DNA of 64,000 nucleotides from Dehalococcoidia bacterium (GTDB taxonomy: Bacteria; Chloroflexota; Dehalococcoidia; Lucifugimonadales; JADFKI01), in assembly GCA_965242555.1 (NCBI GenBank), contig CBDESO010000003.1, positions 251,385-315,384 of the forward strand. The letters are read 5' to 3'. Positions 17,476 to 27,226 of the stretch are shown here, piece after piece. Each line of letters starts with the position of its first letter. The first letter of the stretch is position 1. A program made the position numbers and the translations under genes. The notes under the pieces are model-generated. The model did not search any database and was not told the origin of the DNA. It saw only the letters and a list, made by a program, of their open reading frames with translations.

Positions 17476-18462
17476 ATGTCCAATATGCGCTTTGCCCGCC
17501 ACAAATTTCTGCGGCTGTTCACGCCACTGTGCCTGCTGTTCTACCTGCTTATGGTGTGGCTGACGCCTATCGCAAGCACGGAGCGGAACAGCGAGATATT
17601 CCCGTTTTTTTCGTGGCGGCTGTTTGACGAAATCCCCGAAAGGTTCAAGTACACGGACGCGGTGATTGTCCATTCCATATACGGCGCGCCGGTGGACGGC
17701 GCGCGCTACATCATCCCCTCGCACATCATAGACCACACCAAGAGCCTGCGCCGCGCGATGAATGTGTGCCGCGAATCGCCGCGCTTGCAGTGCGACGCCG
17801 CGGTCCGGCGGTTTGTCGCGCCGGCGGTGAACGAAATCGTTCAGGGCGATGCGAAATTCAGCATAGTTCGCGCGTCAGTGGATCTGCGCGATTTGCAGGC
17901 GGGCATAGGCGCTATGGAATCGGGAGATGCCGACCTGTTCGCTTTCTACCGGCTGCACCGCGTTATGGGCAGATGGTCAAGCGCGGGCGATACCGCGAAC
18001 CTGTATCTGGCGGACTATGAGGCGGTGTACGAGCGCATCATCGCGGGCGATTATGGCGAGCCTGCCGCGCATGAACCCTTTCGCATCTATCGCGGCGCTG
18101 ATAGGCTGACCTATTTCAAAGCGGACTGCGCGGCGGAGGACACGCGGCGGCGGTTCTTCCTGCATCTCACGCCCGCGCGCGTCCAAGACATCCCCGGCTA
18201 CCGCCAGCAGTACGGCTTTGACAACCTTGACTTTGACTTTCAGCAGTTCGGCGAGCGGTTCGGGGGCAATTGCCTAGCCGTCGTGCCGCTGCCCGGCTAC
18301 CCGATTGAGCGCATCAAGACGGGGCAGTACATTCGCGGCGAGGGGCAGGTGTGGGATGTGGAGTTCGCGGGCGACGCGGGCGCTGAGCCGGCGGCGCGGC
18401 GGGATAGCGACGCGTCGGATGCGACGCCTGCGCCATCTGCCCGAAAGCCGAGCGCGGCATAA
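17476..18462 (+). CDS. Hypothetical protein with N-terminal TM helix
   Basis: ORF track (FLRLFTPLCLLFYLLMVWL). Its stop overlaps the next start (TAATG). Confidence 0.5.
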   Translation: MSNMRFARHKFLRLFTPLCLLFYLLMVWLTPIASTERNSEIFPFFSWRLFDEIPERFKYTDAVIVHSIYGAPVDGARYIIPSHIIDHTKSLRRAMNVCRESPRLQCDAAVRRFVAPAVNEIVQGDAKFSIVRASVDLRDLQAGIGAMESGDADLFAFYRLHRVMGRWSSAGDTANLYLADYEAVYERIIAGDYGEPAAHEPFRIYRGADRLTYFKADCAAEDTRRRFFLHLTPARVQDIPGYRQQYGFDNLDFDFQQFGERFGGNCLAVVPLPGYPIERIKTGQYIRGEGQVWDVEFAGDAGAEPAARRDSDASDATPAPSARKPSAA

Positions 18463-19514
18463 TGGGGCATCCGGCGCGCGGCGGGAAAGCGGTCGCAAGG
18501 CGGGCGGCAAGGCTCTTGCGCTTGGCGCGGCGCTTGATTTCATACGACCCAGGGCCGCCGCGAACCCACGCCGAACTCGCCAATGCCGCCGCGAGCGTAG
18601 TCTGGCTCGCGCGGTTCTTCTACCTATTCGTCACATACTACATATTCGCATTTGGGGGCTTTACCGCAATCGTGCGGCGGCCTCCGAGCGGCCCTCAGTG
18701 GCCGGTGGCGCTGCTGCTGGACGCATTCGGCGGCGGGTGGGTGGAATACGCGCCGTTCATCGCAATGTGCGCGGCGCTGTTGGCGCTGCTCGCGGCGGTC
18801 TTGCCGGGCGCGCTCGCCTTGCGCTTGGGGGTATTCTTGGGCGTCTTCGTATTGGCGGCGTTGCGAAACTCGTATGGGGCGATAAACCACGAGCATTACA
18901 TAGTCGTGTACGCCTCATTCGCGCTGCTATTTCTGCCGTCGCGGATCGGCTGGGGCATTGGCAAAGGCGTGGGCAAGGACGGGCGGATTTCGCGCGCGGA
19001 CACACTGGCGCTGTTGCGGGTATTTTGGCTAACGCAGGCATTGGCGCTGCTGCCCTACACGCTGTCGGGCTACTGGAAAATCCGCCACAGCGGGCTGGAG
19101 CTATTCAGCGGCGATGCGATGGCGCGGCTGCTGCTTGACCGCATAGCCAACCAGGCGGCGGACATACCTCCGCTGCTGCCGCTCGTGGTGGCAAACGGCT
19201 ACATCGCGCAGGCGCTGCTGCTGGGCGCGGTGTATATGCAGATATTCGCCCTGTTCGCCCTATTTCGCCCGCACTTGCATCGGCCGGTTGGGATAGGGCT
19301 GATCCTGTTTCACTTCGGGACGGGCTGGCTGCTCAACATCCCGTTTGAGGCGCATGTGGTGGTGAATGGGCTGTTTTTGGTGTTCTCGCCGCTTGCGTCC
19401 AGGAGATTTTCGGCGCTGGAGCTCACGCGGTCGCTGCCGGTGGCGGGGGAGGCTTCGCGGGCGTGGGCATGGGCGGCTAGGCGGCGGGGCATGCGGGAGG
19501 AGAGTGAGGAATAA
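18462..19514 (+). CDS. Polytopic membrane protein, unknown function (HTTM-like?)
   Basis: ORF track. Several hydrophobic helices. Translationally coupled to 17476..18462. Confidence 0.5.
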   Translation: MGHPARGGKAVARRAARLLRLARRLISYDPGPPRTHAELANAAASVVWLARFFYLFVTYYIFAFGGFTAIVRRPPSGPQWPVALLLDAFGGGWVEYAPFIAMCAALLALLAAVLPGALALRLGVFLGVFVLAALRNSYGAINHEHYIVVYASFALLFLPSRIGWGIGKGVGKDGRISRADTLALLRVFWLTQALALLPYTLSGYWKIRHSGLELFSGDAMARLLLDRIANQAADIPPLLPLVVANGYIAQALLLGAVYMQIFALFALFRPHLHRPVGIGLILFHFGTGWLLNIPFEAHVVVNGLFLVFSPLASRRFSALELTRSLPVAGEASRAWAWAARRRGMREESEE

Positions 19515-19560
19515 GAGGGACGTGCGCCAGGCGAGTCTTGCCAATAGCGATACTTGCCGC

Positions 19561-19637
19561 TGGTCGGGGAGACTGGATTTGAACCAGCGGCCCCCTGCAC
19601 CCCATGCAGGTGCGCTTCCAAGCTGCGCCACTCCCCG
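19561..19637 (-). tRNA. tRNA-Pro (anticodon GGG), CCA encoded
   Basis: CGGGGAGTGGCGCAGCTTGGAAGCGCACCTGCATGGGGTGCAGGGGGCCGCTGGTTCAAATCCAGTCTCCCCGACCA folds as a cloverleaf. Anticodon loop A-T-GGG-G-T. TTCAAAT T-loop. Confidence 0.9.
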
Positions 19638-19692
19638 ACACGCAACTATGGTAGCACATGAGGGGGATGGGGGGCAAGTTACTGATTTGCGG

Positions 19693-20535
19693 GGTATTCT
19701 TACCTTGCAGTGTTCATTGATTTGATGGACTGATTTAGGCACTCCTCAAACACTATCGCCAGCAGATGTTTCAGCATCTCCACGCTCTTTGTGTAGCCCT
19801 TTGTCCGCCTTACCAGCCTGTTGAGTTTGCTCCTCAGCTTAGAGTGCAGCCCCTCATTCCAGTTCACCGCTCCGCCCTTGCCTATCACATGCCTGTCCCG
19901 AGGCAGCCATTCGTACACCGGATAAGCGTCTGTCTCATACCTGTCAGCTCCCGGCAGCCGATCCAGCAAGCGCGAGAACGCGGACAAGTCTCTGCCGCCC
20001 ACCTCATACATCCGCCAGCGGACTCCGTCCCGTTCCTCCACCACCGCAGTCCATATCCACAGGTCTTGACGCCGCTCGCCGCGCCTTATCCCCAAGTATG
20101 TCCACATCTCATCAAACGCCACAATAGACGCGCGGACGCTGTCTTGCCGCCCACTTGTACGCCACTCTATAAAGCGCGTCAGACGCTCTCTCGCCAAGGC
20201 CCCCTTTTTTTGACCCACTTGCTTACAGTGGGTACGCTCGCGCCCATCACGCGGGCGGTCGCCGACAGGCTCATCCCTTCGGCGCACATCTTTACCGCTT
20301 GCTCTTTCTGCTCATCGGTGAACCGATGCTTTGCGCCCTCTTGATGCTTTTTGCCGCACTGATTGCACTTGTACTGCTGCTTGCCGCGCGAGTGACCGTC
20401 TTTTTTGACCCAGTTTGAACCGCATTTCGGGCATAGCGCGTCGTGTCTATACACTCTTTGGTTTGCCATAATGACACCTGCCTTTCAGCGGTTTCGGGCA
20501 AGTATATCATATTAGCACTGCAAGGTAAGAATACC
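19693..20535 (-). mobile_element. IS1-family insertion sequence, copy A (843 bp)
   Basis: Terminal IRs GGTATTCTTACCTTGCAGTG (19693-19712) and its complement ending at 20535. Flanked by direct ATTTGCGG (19685-92 and 20536-43). Confidence 0.85.
19700..20469 (-). CDS. IS1-family transposase InsA / InsAB' (two frames joined by -1 slippage on an A7 run, T7 on + at 20205-20211)
   Basis: InsA-like Zn-finger/HTH (CPKCGS...CNQCGK). InsB-like DEMWTY...ETDAYPVY...NEGLHSKLR...TKGYTKSVEML resembles E. coli IS1 InsB. Confidence 0.8.
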
Positions 20536-20543
20536 ATTTGCGG

Positions 20544-21386
20544 GGTATTATTAGTGTGCAGTGCTAATATGATATACTTGCCCGAAACCGCTGAAAGGCA
20601 GGTGTCATTATGGCAAACCAAAGAGTGTATAGACACGACGCGCTATGCCCGAAATGCGGTTCAAACTGGGTCAAGAAAGACGGACACTCGCGCGGCAAGC
20701 AACAGTTCAAGTGCAACCAGTGCGGCAAAAAGCATCAGGAGGGCGCAAAGCATAGGTTCACCGATGAACAGAAAGCGCAGGCGGTGAAGATGTGCGCCGA
20801 GGGTATGAGCCTATCGGCAGCCGCGCGCGTAATAGGCGCGAGCGTGCCCACTGTAAGCGAGTGGGTCAAAAAAAGGGGGCGTTGGCGACCGAGCGTCTGA
20901 CGCGCTTTATAGAGTGGCGTACAAGTGGGCGGCAAGACAGCGTCCGCGCGTCTATTGTGGCGTTTGATGAGATGTGGACATACTGGGAGGTAAGGCGCGG
21001 CGAGCGGCGTCAAGACCTGTGGATATGGACTTCGGTGGTGGAAGAGCGGGACGGCGTCCGCTGGCGGATGTATGAAGTGGGCGACAGGGACTTGTCTGCG
21101 TTCTCGCGCTTGTTGGATCGGCTGCCGGGCGCTGATAGGTATGAAACCGACGCCTATTTGGTGTACGAGTGGCTGCCTCGGGACCGGCATATAGTAGGCA
21201 AGGGCGGATCGGTGAACTGGAATGAGGGGTTGCATTCCAAGTTGCGGAGCAAGCTGAATCGGCTTGTGAGGAGTACAAAGGGCTACACAAAGAGCGTGGA
21301 AATGCTGAAACATCTGCTGGCGATAGTATTTGAGGAGTGCCTAAATCAGTCCCTCAAATCCATTAGCACTGCACACTGAGAATACC
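20544..21386 (+). mobile_element. IS1-family insertion sequence, copy B (843 bp), head-to-head with copy A
   Basis: IRs GGTATTATTAGTGTGCAGTG (20544-) and CACTGCACACTGAGAATACC (ending 21386). Flanked by ATTTGCGG (20536-43 and 21387-94). InsA is roughly 90% identical to copy A. Confidence 0.85.
20610..21379 (+). CDS. IS1-family transposase InsA / InsAB' (A7 slippery run 20868-20874)
   Basis: ORFs 20610..20900 and 20792..21379 overlap in the -1 frame at TCAAAAAAAGGGGG. Confidence 0.8.
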
Positions 21387-21394
21387 ATTTGCGG

Positions 21395-21468
21395 GAATAC
21401 TCTCACCCTGCAGCGCTAAAGTGTTTGATGGACTGATTAGGCTTTCCTCAGCAGATGTTTAAGCAACT
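21395..21468 (-). mobile_element. Terminal remnant of a third IS1-family copy
   Basis: gaatactctcaccctgcagcgctaaagtgtttgatggactgattaggc...gcagatgttt aligns with the IRR-proximal end of copy A (19693-19790) with an internal deletion. Confidence 0.6.
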
Positions 21469-21739
21469 AGGCGCCCTCGGCATAGCCTGCGGCGCCGTCC
21501 AAGACACCCGCGAGCTCCTCCACGACCCCCACCTCCGCGCCCGCCAAATGATCCTAGAAGTGAACGACCCCGCTCGCGGCAGCCACCTCGCCCTAGGCAA
21601 CCCCATCAAAATCGCATCCAACGATGTGCAGTACGCGCCCCCGCCCCTGCTCGGCGAGCATACGGATTCGGCGCTGGCGTCGCTGCTGGGCCTGGACGCG
21701 TCGGCGATAGCGGCGCTGCGGGAGGGCGGGGCGGTGTGA
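21455..21739 (+). pseudogene. 3-prime fragment of a family-III (CaiB/BaiF) CoA-transferase truncated by IS insertion
   Basis: GAVQDTRELLHDPHLRARQMILEV...LGNPIKI...PPPLLGEHTD is the C-terminal end of CaiB/BaiF proteins. The first codons derive from the IS remnant. Confidence 0.65.
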
Positions 21740-21758
21740 GGGGGCGGCGGCCGGCTTA

Positions 21759-22034
21759 CTAGCCGCCGAGTTCGCGGTATTTTCGCATATCGGATCGAGA
21801 TTTGAATGTGTTGTCTAGGGCGGCGTGCATAAACGCGCGATAGTAGTATGCGAAAGCGTCATCCGGATCAATATCAATGGCGCGGTCATAGTCCGCGATT
21901 GCTTTGGTGAATTCGCCGAGTTCGGCGTAGGCAAATCCCCGATTGTTGTATGCCTCAGCATCGTTTGGATCAATAGCATTAGCGCGGTTACGGAGTGGCG
22001 GTAGCGCTCGCCCCTTCCTCGCATCCGGTCCCAT
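21759..22034 (-). CDS. TPR-repeat protein (short; possibly a fragment)
   Basis: AIDPNDAEAYNNRGFAYAELGEFTKAIADYDRAIDIDPDDAFAYYYRA is two TPR units. It overlaps the upstream gene end by 47 nt. Confidence 0.35.
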   Translation of the reverse strand: MGPDARKGRALPPLRNRANAIDPNDAEAYNNRGFAYAELGEFTKAIADYDRAIDIDPDDAFAYYYRAFMHAALDNTFKSRSDMRKYRELGG

Positions 22035-23664
22035 AAGTTACGCTGCCACTGGCGTCGTCAGCCGTCTTCGCCATCCGCAGCATCAACATATCGCCAGCCC
22101 GCCAAGGCTGGGAACAAACATCCCAGATCAGCGCACGCGCGCCATCCATCTCGGCAACAGCGGCGTCGTCGAAGTCAAGCCTCAAAGGCGCGCTGCCGTC
22201 TAGCGCAATGAAATCTATGTGATGATTAGCAAGAGGCGCAGGCGGGTTAGCAAACCTAATTGCCACTTTATTAGACGCCCATTCTATCCGCTGAATGGCA
22301 ATTTCCACGCCATCCGCGGTGAATGAGGCAGGCTTGAGCTTGCCAAGCGAACCGCCGGCCGCTATCGCATCGCCATCCGCGACGGGATCGAAGAACGCCT
22401 CATGCAGAACGCCATCGGGAGCAACCACCGTAACTTCCCACTGGCTCAAGTCCTCGTATGGCAAGTTATAGCCACAAAGCCTCCACAAAGCCAACTGAGG
22501 ACGCGGAACAAAGTTATACACGCCCCCCGGTAGCGGACGCTTGGTCGTGTATATCAGATAATACGACGCAAGCTCTAGACTGCTCTCGTCATAATCAATA
22601 TCATATCCTTCTTCCGCAGTGGGCGAATCGGTGATATGAGCCTGGAAATATTCCGCATCCCGCCCCTCCATGCTCCATTTGCCATAGCCTAACCCCATTA
22701 TCCATCCCCCCTCCATGCTAGGCAACATTGTCCTCTGCGGCGAACCGGAAGGTAGTTCATCCGTGACAGGCGGACGTGAGCTGGGTGGATCATGCACAAA
22801 TGCGTTCTCAAGATCCAATCGCTGTTTTACGCAGCCCTCATAACCTTCAATTCCAGCGCCCGCTTCCAAAATCGCGGCTACGGATTCTATTGACGCGCGC
22901 AGATCGGAAAGAGATATGGTGGATAGTTCACTATTCCCTGTTACCGCATTCGCATCTGTTAGATACATGGGATCGCCGTCATTTTGTCCTGAAGCGCCTG
23001 AATCGAACTCCGCAAGCGGAAGCCAAGGCTTGCTATTTTCACCTAGCGTATACTCATTCGAGGCGTACCTAGTGAAATTATATTCTGTAGTCGACGCGCC
23101 GGACGCGCCTCCCTCCTGTTGCGCGGCTGCCAAAAAGAGAACCGAATCACGGGTCTCCAACGAAGTATCTCTTCCCGCAAGCCCCCCCGTCAGCGCGTCC
23201 TGAGCCTCCTCCCTTGTCAGGAAAGTATGCCTGCCCTCACGCGGCCATTCACCCACAAATGACCACTCCACAATTATTTCGTCGTCTCCATTGCCTTTCA
23301 GGTATTCTATCACCGGAAACCGAAAGATTATCCACGGGCGATACGTCGGCGCTACGCCCTCGTCTGCGCTAGGAATAGATTGAATCTTTCCTGTAACGGA
23401 TGGCTGACGCACTCTAACTATCGCATCGGACCTAATGACACGCATCTCGATGCTGGGCGGATGCGATATGGCATGAGACGCCACCATAATCGGAGTCGGC
23501 GAAGGTTGCGTCAACATAACCGCAGTCGGCGAAGATTGCGCCACCATAATCGGAGTCGGCGAAAGTTGCGCCACTGATTGACTAGACGTAGAGACGCCGC
23601 ATCCAAGCCACCAAATAGCGCAGAAAAGCAGCGCGAGCAGGGTGAACGACGTTTGGTTAAACAT
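21988..23664 (-). CDS. Putative lipoprotein, unknown function
   Basis: Signal peptide with lipobox-like WLGC (MFNQTSFTLLALLFCAIWWLGCG). Three ~10-aa SPTPIMVAQ repeats, then a large unique domain. Confidence 0.6.
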   Translation of the reverse strand: MFNQTSFTLLALLFCAIWWLGCGVSTSSQSVAQLSPTPIMVAQSSPTAVMLTQPSPTPIMVASHAISHPPSIEMRVIRSDAIVRVRQPSVTGKIQSIPSADEGVAPTYRPWIIFRFPVIEYLKGNGDDEIIVEWSFVGEWPREGRHTFLTREEAQDALTGGLAGRDTSLETRDSVLFLAAAQQEGGASGASTTEYNFTRYASNEYTLGENSKPWLPLAEFDSGASGQNDGDPMYLTDANAVTGNSELSTISLSDLRASIESVAAILEAGAGIEGYEGCVKQRLDLENAFVHDPPSSRPPVTDELPSGSPQRTMLPSMEGGWIMGLGYGKWSMEGRDAEYFQAHITDSPTAEEGYDIDYDESSLELASYYLIYTTKRPLPGGVYNFVPRPQLALWRLCGYNLPYEDLSQWEVTVVAPDGVLHEAFFDPVADGDAIAAGGSLGKLKPASFTADGVEIAIQRIEWASNKVAIRFANPPAPLANHHIDFIALDGSAPLRLDFDDAAVAEMDGARALIWDVCSQPWRAGDMLMLRMAKTADDASGSVTYGTGCEEGASATATP

Positions 23665-23757
23665 CCAATCACTCTGTCCTTTTCATCAGCATCCCGCCAG
23701 CGCCTTGCATCCTGCCACGCTTTGCATCCTAGCGCATCATCGCCTAATAGCAAGCAG

Positions 23758-24759
23758 TTACGCGCTATTAGGCCCCACCGCCCTCATCGCCCCCACATAC
23801 GCCTCCACGCTCGGCTCGTTGAACACCAGCCGTATCTCATCCACCCCCGCGTCGAAGAACGCCCGCATCCGCTCCCGGCACTGCTGCGCGTTGCCGATGA
23901 TGGTCATCGCGTCCACCATCTCGTTTGTGACCAGCTCCGCCGCCACCTCGCGCTCGCGGTTCAGGTACGCCTCGCGCACATGATCCGCGGCGTCGCCAAA
24001 GCCGATGCGGTGCATGTATTGGTGGTAGAATGTCCCCATGCCGCCTATGTAGAACGCGATGTGCGGGCGCTCGCGGCGGCGCGCCGCCTGGATGTCGTCG
24101 GTGACGTATATGGATACCTGCGGGCTGATGGTGATTTGGTCTAGCGATCTGCCCGCGGCTCGCGCGCCCTCGGCGATTTCGGATACCAGCGGGCCCATCC
24201 GCGAGGGCGCCAGGAATATCGGCAGCCAGCCGTCCGCCAACTCGCCCGTGAGACGCAGGCTGGCGGGCGTCAGCGAGGCTATGTATATGGGCAGATGCGT
24301 CCGGTAGGGCGCGAACCGGATGTGAAAGCGCTGTATGTCAAAGAACTCGCCGCTGTGATCCAGCCGCTCCCCCGCCGCCGCCTTGCGGATGATGCTGATG
24401 TACTCCCGCATCCGCGCCAGCGGCCGAGTGAACCGCTCTCCGTGAAAGTCCTCTATCACCAGCCTGCCGCTCGCCCCTAGCCCCAAGAACAGCCGCCCCT
24501 CCGACATCTTGTCCAGATTAAGCGCCGTCATTGCCATATTCGCGGGCGTGCGCCCGTATATCGGCACGATTGAAGTGCCAATGCGGATGGTCTCCGTGGC
24601 GGCGGCAATCTGCGCCAGCGATGTGAACGCATCCTCGCCCCAAGCCTCGCCCATCGTGATGCAGTCGTAGCCCAACTCTTCGGCGAGCTGCGCGATGCGT
24701 ATGCTGTCGCGCCATGTCGCGCCGGGGGGCCGCAGTCCGGTTATGCCTATTCGTGTCAT
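23758..24759 (-). CDS. LLM-class flavin/F420-dependent oxidoreductase
   Basis: AEELGYDCITMGEAWGEDAF, IRIGTSIVPIYGRTP and GRLFLGLGASG. Confidence 0.85.
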   Translation of the reverse strand: MTRIGITGLRPPGATWRDSIRIAQLAEELGYDCITMGEAWGEDAFTSLAQIAAATETIRIGTSIVPIYGRTPANMAMTALNLDKMSEGRLFLGLGASGRLVIEDFHGERFTRPLARMREYISIIRKAAAGERLDHSGEFFDIQRFHIRFAPYRTHLPIYIASLTPASLRLTGELADGWLPIFLAPSRMGPLVSEIAEGARAAGRSLDQITISPQVSIYVTDDIQAARRRERPHIAFYIGGMGTFYHQYMHRIGFGDAADHVREAYLNREREVAAELVTNEMVDAMTIIGNAQQCRERMRAFFDAGVDEIRLVFNEPSVEAYVGAMRAVGPNSA

Positions 24760-24971
24760 TTGCGCGCCTCGCTGATGTGTCTAGTGTATGCCTAGCGTCC
24801 TAGCGTTTATTAGAGAGATATGTGAACTTGCCCGCCATCCGCGCCATCACGACAATGCCCTTGCGACAAGAAGACGCGGCGGCGGCTTATTCGGGATTAT
24901 AGCATTGCGCCGCGCGCAATCAACGGGGAATTAGGGCGCTATTTGCGCCGCTATTTGCGAAACAAAGTTTT

Positions 24972-25000
24972 TTGACAGACGCTAAACATTGTTTTATAAG
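24972..25000 (+). promoter_or_regulatory. Sigma70-like promoter (TTGACA-17-TATAAG) upstream of the ATPase gene
   Basis: TTGACA 24972-77 and TATAAG 24995-25000, in an AT-rich gap 175 nt before ATG 25175. Confidence 0.45.
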
Positions 25001-25174
25001 CGCCTTAAACGCCTTGCATAGCCTTTCGCGCGTTGGATAGGCTTTGTTCACGATGCGGGGGGATAGCCGATGCGCGGCAAGCCTATCGCAGGCTAGGGGG
25101 AACGGGTTGGCATCCCCGCGCATCCCGCATACGCAAGCAATCATACGCCTTACAGCGGGATTCAGGGAGGAATT

Positions 25175-27226
25175 ATGAAACTTGTCCGAGCTAGGGTTAC
25201 CGATTTCAAATCCATAGACGACTCCGGCTGGGTGGAGGTGGACGACGTCACCTCAATGGTGGGCAAAAACGAGTCGGGCAAAACAGCGTTCCTGGGCGCG
25301 CTCAAGCGCCTGAACCCGGTTGACGGGGATCAGGAGTTCGAGCTCAAAGACTACCCGCGCAAAGGGTATGTGAAATACCGCCGCACGCACGAAAAGGATC
25401 CCGCCGACGCCATTACCGTGGTGATGACGCTATCCGCCGAAGAGCGCAGCGAACTGGCGGAGCGGCTGGGCGACGACGTCCTGCTCTCCGAAACCGTGCA
25501 GGTGTCCAAGAACTACAAGAACGAGTTCACCTGGGAATTCGAGATGGACGAGCATGCGATGGTGCGCCACATCCTCGCCTCCTCCGAGTTGCCGCCCGAG
25601 ATCCAGGAACACGCCAGCGGCGCGCCGAGCATCAGCAATCTCATCACCACGCTGGAGGCGCTCGACGTCAAGCCCGTCGCGGTGGGCAGGCTCATCACCA
25701 GCCTCTACAAGCGGTTCAGCGAAACCTCCGCCCGCGACAAAGTGCAGGGCTACCTGCAATCGCGCCTGCCCAAGTTCGTCTATTTCGACGAATACAGCAC
25801 AATGCGCGGCCGAATATCCATAGAGGACATCTGCCGCCGCGTTGAGGCGGGCGAAGACCTGGACGAGTCCGACCGCACATTCATGTCGCTGCTCGCCCTA
25901 GTCGGCGCGGATCCCATGGATCTCGCCAGCGAAACCAACTACGAATACCTCAAGGCGGAACTGGAATCCGCCTCCATCAGCATCTCCGACGAGATGTTCC
26001 AGTACTGGGCGCAGAACAAGCAGCTGCGCGTTGAGTTCGACCTGTCCCCCGCCGACCCCAACGACATCCCGCCCCTCAACAAGGGCACCATCCTGCACGT
26101 CCGCATCTGGAACAACCGCCACCGCGTATCCGTCCCGTTCGACGACCGCTCCAAGGGGTTCGTCTGGTTCTTCTCGTTCCTGACCTACTTCTCGCGCATC
26201 GAAGAGCGCGAAGAGTGCGACCTCGTGCTGCTGCTGGACGAGCCGGGCCTAAACCTGCATGCGCTCGCGCAGTCCGACTTCCTGCGGTTCATCGACGAGC
26301 GCCTCGCGCCCAAGCACCAGGTCATCTACACAACCCACTCGCCCTTTATGATCAACCTCAAGCACCTGGATCGCATCCGCACAGTCCAGGACGTGGACGA
26401 CCGCGGCACCGTCATAAGCGCCGACACCCTCAGCAACGACCAGGAAACCATCTTCCCGCTGCAGGTGGCGCTGGGGCATAACCTGGCGAACACGCTCTTC
26501 CTCGCGCCGCACTGCTTGATGGTGAACGCGCCCTCCGACCTCATCTACCTGCAGGTGTTGGGCGAGATGTGCGCCGCCAAAGGCTACCAGCGGCTAGACC
26601 CGCGCTGGGTAGTGATACCCGTGGGCGGCGCGGACAACCTGCCCACATTCGTGTCCCTGCTGGGCGAAAACTATGTCAGCGTAGCCGTCCTGATGGACGT
26701 CACGCCCAAGAACAAGGAAAAGCTGGAGCACATCAACCGCAACAGCGCCATACAGCGCGACAACCCGATACGCTGGGTTGAGGTGCAGAAGATCCGCACG
26801 GCGGACATCGAGGACATCTTCGACGCGCAGTTCTACCTGCGGCTGGTGAACGACGCCTACGCCGAAGAGCTGCCGGAGCGCCTGTCCATGAAGGCAATAT
26901 CCGCCAAAGACCCGCGCATCGCCGAGCGCGTGGCGGCGTACTTCCGCGAAAACGACATCGCGGACGGCGAGTTCGACTCCTACCGCCCGGCGGCATACCT
27001 GCTCAAGCATCACGGCAGGCTGCTGCGCGACATAGACGGCGACACCATAGAGCGCGCAATGTCAATGTTCCAACGGGTGAACGGCTTGCTCCCGTCCGAC
27101 GGCGGTTTCGGCGCGCTGATGTCCTCCGCGCGAATGGCGAATGGCGCAAACGGCCACTCCCCCGACGAAAACGGCCGCGCCGAACTCAACGGCAAAAAGC
27201 GCCTCGCGCCCGTCTTCAAGGTATAG
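25175..27226 (+). CDS. OLD/GajA/AriA-like ABC-type ATPase fused to a C-terminal Toprim/DUF4435-like region (683 aa)
   Basis: Walker A GKNESGKT, signature-like SKGFVWFFSF, Walker B LVLLLDEPGLNLH and H-loop VIYTTHSPF. The C-terminus has CLMVNAPSDLIYL...VVIPVGGADN...AVLMDVT where OLD nucleases have VEGxSD...DxD. GGGAGG precedes the ATG. Confidence 0.6.
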   Translation: MKLVRARVTDFKSIDDSGWVEVDDVTSMVGKNESGKTAFLGALKRLNPVDGDQEFELKDYPRKGYVKYRRTHEKDPADAITVVMTLSAEERSELAERLGDDVLLSETVQVSKNYKNEFTWEFEMDEHAMVRHILASSELPPEIQEHASGAPSISNLITTLEALDVKPVAVGRLITSLYKRFSETSARDKVQGYLQSRLPKFVYFDEYSTMRGRISIEDICRRVEAGEDLDESDRTFMSLLALVGADPMDLASETNYEYLKAELESASISISDEMFQYWAQNKQLRVEFDLSPADPNDIPPLNKGTILHVRIWNNRHRVSVPFDDRSKGFVWFFSFLTYFSRIEEREECDLVLLLDEPGLNLHALAQSDFLRFIDERLAPKHQVIYTTHSPFMINLKHLDRIRTVQDVDDRGTVISADTLSNDQETIFPLQVALGHNLANTLFLAPHCLMVNAPSDLIYLQVLGEMCAAKGYQRLDPRWVVIPVGGADNLPTFVSLLGENYVSVAVLMDVTPKNKEKLEHINRNSAIQRDNPIRWVEVQKIRTADIEDIFDAQFYLRLVNDAYAEELPERLSMKAISAKDPRIAERVAAYFRENDIADGEFDSYRPAAYLLKHHGRLLRDIDGDTIERAMSMFQRVNGLLPSDGGFGALMSSARMANGANGHSPDENGRAELNGKKRLAPVFKV

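Noticed and set aside
18305-19138. 277-aa + strand ORF overlapping 17476..18462 and 18462..19514 in another frame.
   Set aside because: It is Arg/Ala/Gly-rich shadow-frame sequence. The alternative frames give hydrophobic, helix-rich membrane proteins with translational coupling.
20292-20787. Two identical-looking 114-aa ORFs (20292..20636 - and 20443..20787 +) spanning the junction of the IS copies.
   Set aside because: They are an artefact of the head-to-head palindrome. They read out of the IS ends through the shared 8-bp target and antisense to insA.
19693-21386. The IS pair as a composite transposon carrying cargo.
   Set aside because: Only the 8-bp ATTTGCGG separates the two copies, so there is no passenger DNA.
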